NCBI GenBank assembly: GCA_038845975.1
Contig: JAWBQF010000053.1
Coordinates: 1 to 10,592, forward strand
Direction: 5' to 3'
Length of the DNA stretch: 10,592 nucleotides
Source: Candidatus Methanomethylicia archaeon
GTDB lineage: Archaea > Thermoproteota > Methanomethylicia > CALHIW01
Part shown: positions 1-8,917 of the stretch, piece after piece
Layout: each line of letters opens with the position of its first letter
Position numbering within the stretch: position 1 is the first letter of the stretch
Position numbers and translations under genes: made by a program
Notes under the pieces: model-generated
Seen by the model: only the letters and a program-made list of their open reading frames with translations
What the model was told of the DNA's origin: nothing
Database searches by the model: none

Positions 1-2
1 TA

Positions 3-3000
3 TTGCTTATATTGAATTTAAGCTTCATTTTGCCGATTCAATCTCAAGAAGATAAAATTACTAAAGAAGATAAAAATAATCAAAAACAAGAAATAAAGAA
101 AGAAGAAATAAAAGAATTCTATGAAGTTAAGCTAATAACTGGCGATATTGTAGAAGCTGGAATTACAAAGGATAATAGAACTGTAATACTTTCAATAAAG
201 CCATACGATCCAAAGAAGCTTAATAGAGGGTTTAGAATATTTGAAGATAAAGATGGAGTTTATGTTATACCTTCTGATGTTAATATAAAGAAAGTTGATT
301 TAAGTTTATTCAATATTAAATATTTGATAGAAGAGAAATACTATAATTTAACAACTATGCCTTTAATAATAAATGTAGATAAAGAAAAACCAATTGAAGC
401 TCAGAATTTTATTCAATCAATTATTAAAGAAAAAAAGGCAGGAAAAATTGAGAAAAATTATGGGATAATTCCAGCATCATCTATTAAGCTTTTACATGGA
501 AAAACTTTCTACGATTTATTATCTAATGAAAAAATAAAGAAGATTTGGTTAGATCATAAAGTAAAAGTTTCATTGCATGAAAGTGTTCCATTAATAGGTG
601 CTCCTGATGTTTGGAATTTAGGATATAATGGTTCAGGAATAAAAATTGCAATATTAGATACTGGAATAGATTCTAATCATCAAGATTTTTATTTTATGAG
701 TGGTGCTTCAAAGATAATTGACCAAATAGATTTTACGGATGATTACAACCCTTATGATTTTAATGGTCATGGAACTCATGTTGCAAGCACAGCAGCAGGA
801 ACTGGTATTGCTTCAGGAGGATTTTATACAGGGGTTGCTCCAGGTGCCCTTTTAATGAATGTGAAAGTCTTAAATAGGTATGGGTGGGGATCATGGAGCT
901 GGATAATTAGTGGAATAGAGTATGCTGCTTATTATGGACCAGATAAAGTAATAAATAGTGGTGATGAAGCTGATATACTTAGCTTAAGTTTAGGTGGAGG
1001 GCCTACAGATGGAACAGATCCTCCTTCATTAGCTTGTGATGCTGCAGTTGATAATGGAAAAATTGTTGTAGTAGCTGCTGGAAATAAGTATAGATACTTT
1101 GGAATAGATACTCCAGGTGCTGCTAGAAAAGTTATAACCGTTGGGGCTACAGATAAGTTTGATAACATAGCATGGTTTAGTAGTAGAGGACCAACGATAG
1201 ATTACAGAGTTAAGCCTGATTTAGTTGCTCCTGGTGTTTCTATAATGGCAGCTCAAGCTGGTAGTGGTAATGGTTATATTTCATATTCTGGTACAAGTAT
1301 GTCTACTCCACATGTTTCAGGAGCTGCAGCTTTAATAAAGCAAGCAAAGTCAAGCTTAAACTCTATAATGATAAAACATTTACTAATAAGTACTTCAAAG
1401 AATTTAGGCTATGATGTTTATACTCAAGGAGGAGGAAGACTTAATGTTATAGCAGCTTTAAAGACAAATCTTACAATATCTCCAGCTACAGTTAGCCTTG
1501 GAAGAATATTAAAAAGCTCTATTTATAACTTTAATTTAACATTTACAAATATTGGAAGCGATACTATTAAGATATCTTTGACTCCAGCACTTACTAGAAT
1601 ATGGTATCTTGATGATCAAAGTAGCCATGTTAGCTTAAATGTTACTGAGTTAAGCATACCAGCTGGAAGTAGCAAAGGAGTTAATGTAATAATAGATACT
1701 ACAAATTTACCAGTAGGTTATTATAGTGGCTTTCTTAATACAAACTATACTGTTCAAGGTTCAAATGTACATGCAATATTTGGTTTTGCAATAAATAATA
1801 AATTAGATATAACTTTCTATGGATTAGATGGTACTCCAATTCCATACACATTTGTTGGAGCATTTAAAGCTAATGCAACTTATGAAGAATATCAAGCTTG
1901 GTATCCAATCTGGTGGGTTTGGAATTATACTGATAGTAATGGAAAAACAATACTTTATACTTTGGATGGAATCTATTATATTGTTGGTTATGATGGTGGA
2001 AAACCTGAATATGCAGATGCATATGCTATAAGGAAAGAATTAGTAACTAGCGATATGAATATAACGCTTAGCCTTCAAGGATCTAATAAAATATCCTATG
2101 TTCCACCTGCTCCAAATCAAATTATAGCTGGCCTTTCTGATAGTATTACTTATGTATATTATAATGAAACATATGGTTATAGCCGTAGATTGTGGTCTTT
2201 GTGGTATTATCCATCTACAACAGATATTTACATAACTTCAACAGATCTTCTCTTTAGTTCTTATTATCAACATTATGATAAACAATATATTAATGTACCA
2301 GATCCAAGTGTTTTACTTTCTCCAGAACTTTATTCTACTTTATTTGTTAATAAAAGCATTACTGGAAATAAGATAGTAAGTTTTAGTACATCTCAACTTG
2401 CAAAAGTTGAAAAAGATTATAGAGTTGCATTAACTCCTTTAATATCTGCATGGATATATAGAGATGTTTCTTGCTATTCGCCTGATTGGTATTACTATGA
2501 TGTATGGAATCCAGGATTAGATTGGACAATAACTTCGCCAAAGAAACTTGTAGAATATTTAGGTTGGGAAATTCCATCCAATAGCTTTATTGACTATTGG
2601 GTGCATTATGGAAAGATAGAAGATCAACCAAATATTATAACACCATACTTTAACTTTTATGGTTTAGAATATGGATATGAAACTTCAAAAAGCTATTCGA
2701 TAGCTAGCAATTCTCATCCATTAGTTCCAAATATTTATGTAGATGTGTGGAGCTATGATAGTGGAAATATAGCTGATCTTTACTTATGGACAGATGTTTT
2801 CTGTAATCTTCAACCTAATCTTGAAGAATATCTATATAGCGATTATGGAAGATTTATAATAAAGAGGAATGGGACTCAAATATATGATAGTGATTGGTTC
2901 TATGATATAGAAGGAATTGAGCTTAATATAGATCTCCCTGCAAAAATTGAAATTGAACTTTATGGAGATAGTGAAATGTATTTATCGACTTCTGCCTTAA

Positions 3001-3986
3001 CAAAATTAGAGTTTGAAGTACCAGTAAATGGATTAGCATATGTATATTCTCCAATTTCATTAAAAATTGATGGATTAGATTTGAACAATACTCATCCTGG
3101 AGGAAATATAACTGGATATTTCTTCAGTTATTATAACATTGAGAATCCTTCAGTAGAATATTCTCTTGATGATGGAAATACTTGGAATACAGCTGAATGG
3201 TCTCAAATATCACCAAATAATGTTGGCTTTGTTATAAAGAATGTTGAAAACAGCTTTGTTTCTTTAAGAGTTAATGCTACTATAAATAATATTAAAACAA
3301 GCTATACTGTAATTCGTGGATTTTATGTAGGTGAAATGATAACATTAGCTGATTTTCCAGAACCATTTGTTGAAAATGGTGTTTTAAGCTCTACTTTTGT
3401 AGTTGGTGGAACTCAAAGCCATGGTTTTCTAGGCTGGGGTGCATGGACTGTTGATGTTCTTGGTGGTATGCTTATTGCTTCAAGGCTTGGACATGAAGCT
3501 TATTCTAATATTAATGTTGCTCAAATTATTGATAGCGATTTTATTGCATATGATCCTGTTACAAGAAGTGTAAATGTAGATTGGAGCAAGATAAGTACTT
3601 CAACATTAATATCCATTGGTAGTGCCGGAGTAAATCTTCTTGCTTACCATTATAATATGACAAATGTTATACCTTTTCACTTTGTCTTTGATGGTTCCAA
3701 TGCCTATATCTATAGTGAGCTCACAGGAAAATACTATGATTCTGAGTGGGGTTATGACCATGTAGTAATAGCCCTTGTTAAGGATCCTGAGATAAATAAG
3801 TATGTTCTCCTGATCTTCGGAGTTACAGGAAGGGGAAACCAGGCAGCATCCATAGTACTAAGTAACTATGAGCAATACCCTGAACTACTACAAGGCAAAG
3901 CAGTCATAATCAAATGGCAAGACCAAAATGGAAACAACTTGCCGGATAAAGGAGAAACCTACATGCTAATAGAAATAGCATCGTAA
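3..3986 (+). CDS. Secreted S8 (subtilisin-like) serine protease, multidomain, with C-terminal S-layer-like module; probably 5'-partial
   Basis: Complete catalytic set: Asp in IAILDTG (codon 657-659), His in NGHGTHVASTAAG (768-770), oxyanion Asn in VVAAGN (1083-1085), Ser in SGTSMSTPHVSG (1296-1298). A propeptide ends near KIWLDHKVKVSL-HESVPLIGAP. Long beta/aromatic-rich C-terminal extension. The frame is open to the window edge, and LLILNLSFILPIQSQ looks like the tail of a signal peptide, so the true start is likely upstream. Confidence 0.95.
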   Translation: MLILNLSFILPIQSQEDKITKEDKNNQKQEIKKEEIKEFYEVKLITGDIVEAGITKDNRTVILSIKPYDPKKLNRGFRIFEDKDGVYVIPSDVNIKKVDLSLFNIKYLIEEKYYNLTTMPLIINVDKEKPIEAQNFIQSIIKEKKAGKIEKNYGIIPASSIKLLHGKTFYDLLSNEKIKKIWLDHKVKVSLHESVPLIGAPDVWNLGYNGSGIKIAILDTGIDSNHQDFYFMSGASKIIDQIDFTDDYNPYDFNGHGTHVASTAAGTGIASGGFYTGVAPGALLMNVKVLNRYGWGSWSWIISGIEYAAYYGPDKVINSGDEADILSLSLGGGPTDGTDPPSLACDAAVDNGKIVVVAAGNKYRYFGIDTPGAARKVITVGATDKFDNIAWFSSRGPTIDYRVKPDLVAPGVSIMAAQAGSGNGYISYSGTSMSTPHVSGAAALIKQAKSSLNSIMIKHLLISTSKNLGYDVYTQGGGRLNVIAALKTNLTISPATVSLGRILKSSIYNFNLTFTNIGSDTIKISLTPALTRIWYLDDQSSHVSLNVTELSIPAGSSKGVNVIIDTTNLPVGYYSGFLNTNYTVQGSNVHAIFGFAINNKLDITFYGLDGTPIPYTFVGAFKANATYEEYQAWYPIWWVWNYTDSNGKTILYTLDGIYYIVGYDGGKPEYADAYAIRKELVTSDMNITLSLQGSNKISYVPPAPNQIIAGLSDSITYVYYNETYGYSRRLWSLWYYPSTTDIYITSTDLLFSSYYQHYDKQYINVPDPSVLLSPELYSTLFVNKSITGNKIVSFSTSQLAKVEKDYRVALTPLISAWIYRDVSCYSPDWYYYDVWNPGLDWTITSPKKLVEYLGWEIPSNSFIDYWVHYGKIEDQPNIITPYFNFYGLEYGYETSKSYSIASNSHPLVPNIYVDVWSYDSGNIADLYLWTDVFCNLQPNLEEYLYSDYGRFIIKRNGTQIYDSDWFYDIEGIELNIDLPAKIEIELYGDSEMYLSTSALTKLEFEVPVNGLAYVYSPISLKIDGLDLNNTHPGGNITGYFFSYYNIENPSVEYSLDDGNTWNTAEWSQISPNNVGFVIKNVENSFVSLRVNATINNIKTSYTVIRGFYVGEMITLADFPEPFVENGVLSSTFVVGGTQSHGFLGWGAWTVDVLGGMLIASRLGHEAYSNINVAQIIDSDFIAYDPVTRSVNVDWSKISTSTLISIGSAGVNLLAYHYNMTNVIPFHFVFDGSNAYIYSELTGKYYDSEWGYDHVVIALVKDPEINKYVLLIFGVTGRGNQAASIVLSNYEQYPELLQGKAVIIKWQDQNGNNLPDKGETYMLIEIAS
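3339..3986 (+). other. C-terminal S-layer-like domain of the protease (fused S_layer_N / S_layer_C-like)
   Basis: ITLADFPEPFVENG...FVVGG...DVLGGMLIASRLG resembles the N-terminal motif of Methanococcales/Thermococcales-type S-layer proteins. LISIGSAGVN...YVLLIFGVTGRGNQAASIVL resembles their C-terminal motif (LILVGGPVAN...VLVVAGxDRxGTxAAA). Recognised by eye; no HMM run. Confidence 0.65.
3862..3980 (+). repeat. Left copy of a perfect inverted repeat (>=119 bp), partner at 10474-10592
   Basis: gtaactatgagcaataccc...atgctaatagaaatagca matches the reverse complement of 10474-10592 at 119/119 positions by manual comparison. Confidence 0.97.
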
Positions 3987-3991
3987 AACTC

Positions 3992-4018
3992 GTTTATTTC
4001 CTTTCTCTTTTTTTATTT
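3992..4018 (+). terminator. Pyrimidine/oligo-T tract after the protease stop; likely archaeal-type terminator
   Basis: gtttatttcctttctctttttttattt just after TAA (3984-3986), in the 59-bp gap between convergent genes. Confidence 0.6.
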
Positions 4019-4045
4019 AAAATAATTTTGTTTAATTAAGCCATG

Positions 4046-5284
4046 CTAATTCGTTAACTTAAACGCTTTGTTTTTTCTTAACATCATACTATATAGGTAG
4101 AACTCTTGTTTTACACACTCTTCCCAACTGAATCTTTGTGCATAAACACGTGCCTTAATACTTAACTCCTCTCTTAGTCCTTCATTCGATATCAATTCTA
4201 ACAATTTCCTTACAAGACAATTCACATCTCCAATAGGACAGGTGAGTACAGCCTCTGTCCGGTATATCTCATGAATTGGAGGAATATCGTAGCAAATAAC
4301 CGGAAGACCATAAGCTAGTGCTTCCCCCACAACCATCGGAAACGCTTCTTCTATGCTCGGAAACAATAAAATCTTGCTTTTCTTCATAGCAAGTATAAGA
4401 TTGTCTTGAGATATTACTCCTCTTAAAATAATGTTCTTTTCCAAATTATATTGTCTAATTCTATTTTCAATAAGCTTCCTTATATCCAACGTACAATATC
4501 CTATAAGGGTTAAAACAGCGTTTGGTTTTTCTTTAACAACTTCTTTCCAGGTCTCTATTACATGAAGTACTCCTTTTTGAGGGGTGTGTCTTCCTACAAA
4601 TAATGCATCATAAATTTTTGGACCAACATAAACAACGTCTTCTCTAACATCTATCCCATTTCCTACTACATATATTTTTTGTCTTACTCCATAATTTTCA
4701 AGCTGTTTTTTAAGGCTTTTACTGACGGCTATTATTAACTGAGCTCTATTGTACAACTTAATTAGCATGTTACAAGTGATATGAACATAGACCGAAATAC
4801 ATAGAGACATGAAAAAGCCGAAACCTTGGTCTCTATACCTCTTATACTCTGATAGAATCCCTTTATATGGAAGTCCTGAGGGAGTCAATTGTACAACATA
4901 GACTAATGGGATTCTTCTAAAGACATGTACCACAAAAGCAGGTACTGCTGTGCAGAACAATTCTCCACTTGGAGTCATTACAATATCAAAGTCTTGCCTT
5001 GAAGTTATTTTCACTCCGTACACTGTTGCTTTTATCATGTAAAATATCCATAAGATAAAGCGTATAATTGACAAATCCTCATATTTCCCTAGAGGTATCG
5101 AAAACTCTATAGGCTCATAATTAGAAGATTTTGTATGTAACTTCAATGAAGGGTAATTCTCAATTACGGTAAATTTGACGGAGTATTTCTCTCCTATAGA
5201 AACTAATTTAACGAACCTTTTTAAGCCTCCAGAAGTAAGTACTTGATTACGAACAAGATGCCATAGGAAGACTAAGATCTTCAT
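4046..5284 (-). CDS. Glycosyltransferase family 4 (GT-B, retaining)
   Basis: N-terminal MKILVF...SGGLKRF, then IIAVSKSLK, VVGNGID, LFVGRHTPQKG, and the EX7E motif in FPSIEEAFPMVVGEALAYGLPVICYD. ATG at 5284 is preferred over the track's GTG at 5293 because GGGGTG (5296-5291) lies 6 nt upstream of it. Confidence 0.93.
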   Translation of the reverse strand: MKILVFLWHLVRNQVLTSGGLKRFVKLVSIGEKYSVKFTVIENYPSLKLHTKSSNYEPIEFSIPLGKYEDLSIIRFILWIFYMIKATVYGVKITSRQDFDIVMTPSGELFCTAVPAFVVHVFRRIPLVYVVQLTPSGLPYKGILSEYKRYRDQGFGFFMSLCISVYVHITCNMLIKLYNRAQLIIAVSKSLKKQLENYGVRQKIYVVGNGIDVREDVVYVGPKIYDALFVGRHTPQKGVLHVIETWKEVVKEKPNAVLTLIGYCTLDIRKLIENRIRQYNLEKNIILRGVISQDNLILAMKKSKILLFPSIEEAFPMVVGEALAYGLPVICYDIPPIHEIYRTEAVLTCPIGDVNCLVRKLLELISNEGLREELSIKARVYAQRFSWEECVKQEFYLYSMMLRKNKAFKLTN

Positions 5285-5290
5285 TTGCCA

Positions 5291-5296
5291 CACCCC
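5291..5296 (-). promoter_or_regulatory. Shine-Dalgarno-like GGGGTG for the distal GT4
   Basis: Minus strand reads ttcaGGGGTGtggcaaATGaag, with a 6-nt spacer. Confidence 0.6.
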
Positions 5297-5302
5297 TGAA
5301 CT

Positions 5303-7693
5303 CTAGTCCCTTGTTCGAACCCTTATGAGTGTAATAGTTCTATCCAACTTACCAGTCCCTTGACCACCCATTATAAATCTTATTTGAACCGAATTATGAG
5401 GTATCCTTATATAGTAATCACTGACCCAATTTATCGTTCCATTCCCCCATTTGAAGAAATATGCGGCAGAAATAGGTTCTGTTAATCGAGTGAGTGTGCC
5501 ATTACCAAGAAGAGCCTCAACAACAAGATGAACTTTTTTCTCCGTCCACCATTTTAAACATATATAGGAATAATCAAAGGTGTTTGTTTCTGCTGTAAAA
5601 TTCAAAAAATTTAAGGATAAAGCAACCCATGAGTCATTCAAGGTAATGCTTATAGTATCCTTTGAATAGAAAATTTTGTGAGTCCCCCCGCTCCCAATGA
5701 TTTCTGGCTCTAAATAAAGTTCTGAAAGCCTTATTATTTCTGGCTGCTCATATTTATACAGAGCCGCTTTTCCTTGCATTATAACAGGTTTTAGAGTCCC
5801 ACAAGAATTAGCTAAGTCTTTAGTTAACATGTAAGGGTATATTTCTAAGTGGCCTTGTTTCCCGCCAACATAGATATAATTCACATTATTTTCAGCAAAG
5901 TATTTGGCTACTAGAGGCGAGCATGGATCTTTACATAATGTTGGATAAATTTTAAGGTAATAGGTATTCATTACTTCATGACGTGTTGCAACACCCATAG
6001 GTATTATAACAGGTCTTCCGAGTATTGCCGGAATCCACTGACCAGCATCATTCGGCATGACGAAAATACCCTCAATATTGAAATCCAAAATTTTCTGAAA
6101 AATTTTTGCGTCATCTTCTCCAAGCATTGTATAGGGTGCAATTGATGCGTGCACACATCCATGCAACATCAATAGTGTAGCAATTAAAATCGCTAGATAT
6201 ACTATGATAGTGAATTTTGACGTTAACAAAGATATTATTCGTTTACGTCTATCTTCGCTAAATGTTAAGAATGTCTCATTCATTAAAATTGCTTCCATTG
6301 CTGAAAGTGGAAAACTTGTCATACAAAAAGTCCTATTTGGATCTACTCTATACCAAAAGGGAACTTTAACCAGCCATAAACCATTAGGATTATTTTCATG
6401 GAGGAAGAACAATAACATCCACCAGAAACACAGAAGTAGCACTTCTGTTTTTTTCTTCTTGATCGATAAATGTCTTCTTTTTAAGATGAGGAATACGATA
6501 ATAGGTATGAATAATATGCCTGCAAACCCGTAAACAACATATACTCGGCTAAAGAATGAAATAGCGGCTTCATAAATCGTTTGATTTAAAGAGAAAATAG
6601 GGGTCCAGAAGGGGTTAATACTGGGCTCATAATACTTTTTTGCATTTAATTCCTCAAAAATCATGTTAAGCAAAATTGGAAAAGTAAGAAAAATAGAGAT
6701 TAAGACGGAGATTATAAGAATTAGAAGGCATTGTAAGACTTTTTTATAATTTTCGTATAGTACAATATTTGTTAGAATTATACTTATAAAAGCTGTCAAA
6801 AAGTAAATTAGAGGAAATGGATGAGTTATAATTGTTGAGGCTAAAATAATTGAAAAAGGTAAGACTATGGAATAATTAAAATATCCCTTGAGATAAGCAA
6901 TCGTTAAACTTATTGTCAGAATCATGTAAGGGAGACCCGCAAGTTCCGCGTTCCCTCCCCAGGTTATCCAGCTTAAGCTAGGCTCAAGAATAAATAAACC
7001 ATAAATTAACATCCCATAAATGCCAGTTCTCCAGTCTTCAGTTATTACCTCAAGAAGAAAATGCATTGCTAAGGATGTTATCCAAACTACAATTTGGGTA
7101 GCTAAAGCAACTGCCTTGTAGATAGGGATACCTGTAGCAATTGTAATTTCTGCAACAAGAGACGGAAAACCGATCATGAAAAGCTGAAGTTTTTCAACTA
7201 ACCACTCCTCCTTCGCATAAACTCCCCATGAAACCGGTAGTCCTCCTTCCTCTATGAGCCTTCTGCTTATTAACGAGAAAAATTTAGGATCATCTCCTGG
7301 ATAGGTAAATTCTCCATAAAGAAAATCTAATCTCACGAATAGTATCAAGAGGGCGATGATGATGAAAGACTTCATATGACCGCTATTTACTGAACTAAAC
7401 TTTTTATTATAAATCTCAAATATTACTCTTAGCATCAAAACGCCTATTACGAGATTTAAAATCCAAACGACTATCTTGTTAAAAATATTTATAAATAGTA
7501 AAAACATGTTAATTATTACATTAATCGATGCTCCGCTTATAACTATCAGTGAAAAAAATGAAGGAATAGTTATTTTATTAAAAAATCTGCGCATAACAAT
7601 ATGCGAAAAAATCATTCCGAGAAAAATCCACTTTGTCAACATGTATCCTAACGAGATCATTATATCTACTGCCGATATTGGTGTCAATGACAA
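5303..7693 (-). CDS. Polytopic membrane protein, putative GT-C-fold glycosyltransferase (DUF6541/PMT/STT3-like architecture) with extracellular C-terminal domains
   Basis: Roughly a dozen or more hydrophobic segments in the first ~520 aa. Acidic loop YPGDDPKFFSLISRRLIEEG follows the early helices. Other motifs are WGGNAEL and THPF, and a soluble tail with NDAGQWIPAILGR and YFAENNVNYIYVG. Sits inside a GT operon. TTG start is supported by GAGGTGA 6 nt upstream. Confidence 0.7.
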   Translation of the reverse strand: MSLTPISAVDIMISLGYMLTKWIFLGMIFSHIVMRRFFNKITIPSFFSLIVISGASINVIINMFLLFINIFNKIVVWILNLVIGVLMLRVIFEIYNKKFSSVNSGHMKSFIIIALLILFVRLDFLYGEFTYPGDDPKFFSLISRRLIEEGGLPVSWGVYAKEEWLVEKLQLFMIGFPSLVAEITIATGIPIYKAVALATQIVVWITSLAMHFLLEVITEDWRTGIYGMLIYGLFILEPSLSWITWGGNAELAGLPYMILTISLTIAYLKGYFNYSIVLPFSIILASTIITHPFPLIYFLTAFISIILTNIVLYENYKKVLQCLLILIISVLISIFLTFPILLNMIFEELNAKKYYEPSINPFWTPIFSLNQTIYEAAISFFSRVYVVYGFAGILFIPIIVFLILKRRHLSIKKKKTEVLLLCFWWMLLFFLHENNPNGLWLVKVPFWYRVDPNRTFCMTSFPLSAMEAILMNETFLTFSEDRRKRIISLLTSKFTIIVYLAILIATLLMLHGCVHASIAPYTMLGEDDAKIFQKILDFNIEGIFVMPNDAGQWIPAILGRPVIIPMGVATRHEVMNTYYLKIYPTLCKDPCSPLVAKYFAENNVNYIYVGGKQGHLEIYPYMLTKDLANSCGTLKPVIMQGKAALYKYEQPEIIRLSELYLEPEIIGSGGTHKIFYSKDTISITLNDSWVALSLNFLNFTAETNTFDYSYICLKWWTEKKVHLVVEALLGNGTLTRLTEPISAAYFFKWGNGTINWVSDYYIRIPHNSVQIRFIMGGQGTGKLDRTITLIRVRTRD

Positions 7694-8898
7694 GAATAAT
7701 CACCTCTTTTTTCCACTTGTTTTTTGGATAAAATAGCTTTTATTGCAGAGTATTCTTTCTGCGCTACTCCTAGCCATGAGAAACGTTTTATAAAATCTCG
7801 TGGTTCTGAAAATCCTGTTGAGCTCATAAAATCTTCTTTAAGAAGATTTATCACTTCATAAGCTACTTCTTTTATCTTTCCTATTTTTACAAATCTAACA
7901 TATGGACAGTCACCGTAAACCTCACGTAATGTTGGTATATCGTAGCATACCACTAAAAGATTATGAGCCAGAGCTTCTCCTATTGCTAATCCAAAACCCT
8001 CTATGACGCTTAAGGTTAAAAAAACTTTGCTCGATGCCATTAAACTATCAACTTCTTCATCTTTAAGACTTCCTAAGAATTGGATGGATTTTAAGTTTGA
8101 TTTTTTAGCAATAGTTTTAACTTTATTGTATAAACATCCTTTTCCTACCAGTAAAAGCCTAGCTTCAGGAAGCTTCTTTTCAATTATTTTCCATACTCTT
8201 AAAATGTCAAAGATACCTTTCCCCTCATCAAATCTACCTACATAAATTACATTAAATTTTCTAGTTTTTTTATAAGGTACATATTTTAAGTTTTCTCTAA
8301 GGCCATTACCACTTACAGTGATGTTTTTACACCCTATTTGTCGTAATTGAAGCGCGACCGTGTGGGAAACAGTTATACAAACATCTACTTTTTTTAAAAA
8401 ATAATTTTCTATGTAAGAACTTATTGTCCTAAAGAGAGAGGGCAAAATTCCAAGCCCTAATTTTCTCATGAAATAAAATGTTTTACTTAAGCTAAATGAA
8501 ATCTTTGCATTTAAATCTGTATAGTCTATCCACCTTAGATGATGAACAACTACTATAGAGGGAATAGAAAGTATCTTACTTGCCAAAAAACCCAAGAGTA
8601 GGTTATACAGGTTATTATTAGTCATATAAACGAAATCATAATGCATATTTCTTAATGTTAAGATTTTTCCTCCTCCCAACAACAGCCACCCTATTAGACT
8701 TAAGAATAAATTTTTCGGAAGTTTGATCACATATGGTACGTAATCGGCTTCTACAAGAGAATTAATCGGTAAATATGATTCAATCGCGTCAAAGTTGATT
8801 CCAAACTTCTTAAGATGCTTAGAAACCTCTACAAATCTGCGTTCTGAACCACCAAAGCTCCAGAAATATGGATGATAGAGTATAGCCAACCCCTTCAA
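7684..8898 (-). CDS. Glycosyltransferase family 4 (GT-B, retaining)
   Basis: FGGSERRF, ITVSHTV, VSGNG, IYVGRFDEGKG, and the EX7E motif in LSVIEGFGLAIGEALAHNLLVVCYD. Start is uncertain. The in-frame TTG at 8898 (MKGLAILYH...) parallels MKILVFLWH of the other GT4 and avoids the 74-bp overlap implied by the track's 8991 start. Confidence 0.9.
   Translation of the reverse strand: MKGLAILYHPYFWSFGGSERRFVEVSKHLKKFGINFDAIESYLPINSLVEADYVPYVIKLPKNLFLSLIGWLLLGGGKILTLRNMHYDFVYMTNNNLYNLLLGFLASKILSIPSIVVVHHLRWIDYTDLNAKISFSLSKTFYFMRKLGLGILPSLFRTISSYIENYFLKKVDVCITVSHTVALQLRQIGCKNITVSGNGLRENLKYVPYKKTRKFNVIYVGRFDEGKGIFDILRVWKIIEKKLPEARLLLVGKGCLYNKVKTIAKKSNLKSIQFLGSLKDEEVDSLMASSKVFLTLSVIEGFGLAIGEALAHNLLVVCYDIPTLREVYGDCPYVRFVKIGKIKEVAYEVINLLKEDFMSSTGFSEPRDFIKRFSWLGVAQKEYSAIKAILSKKQVEKRGDYSCH
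7700..7706 (-). promoter_or_regulatory. Shine-Dalgarno GAGGTGA for the TTG start at 7693
   Basis: Minus strand reads aaaGAGGTGAttattcTTGtcattga. The start overlaps the 3' end of the upstream GT4 (stop 7686-7684), suggesting translational coupling. Confidence 0.75.
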
Positions 8899-8917
8899 GC
8901 CATTAATTCTGCTTTTC

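Noticed and set aside
46-118. Short direct repeats (aagaagataaaa at 46-57 and 64-75; aagaaataaa)
   Set aside because: Low-complexity Lys/Glu linker after the signal peptide; not a CRISPR array or regulatory repeat.
932-2577. Short ORFs 932-1168 (-), 1828-2031 (+) and 2383-2577 (-)
   Set aside because: Shadow or alternate-frame ORFs within the protease gene, with no recognisable motifs.
3329-3338. AGGTGA next to ATG 3336 as an internal start for a standalone S-layer module
   Set aside because: The spacing of 1 nt is too short for a Shine-Dalgarno, and the sequence is explained by Gly-Glu-Met codons.
3862-3980. Diversity-generating retroelement TR/VR pair at a gene 3' end
   Set aside because: The copies are identical with no adenine-specific mismatches, and no reverse transcriptase gene is in the window.
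5303-7693. Calling the membrane protein the oligosaccharyltransferase AglB
   Set aside because: No WWDxG motif; only a general GT-C-like architecture can be supported.
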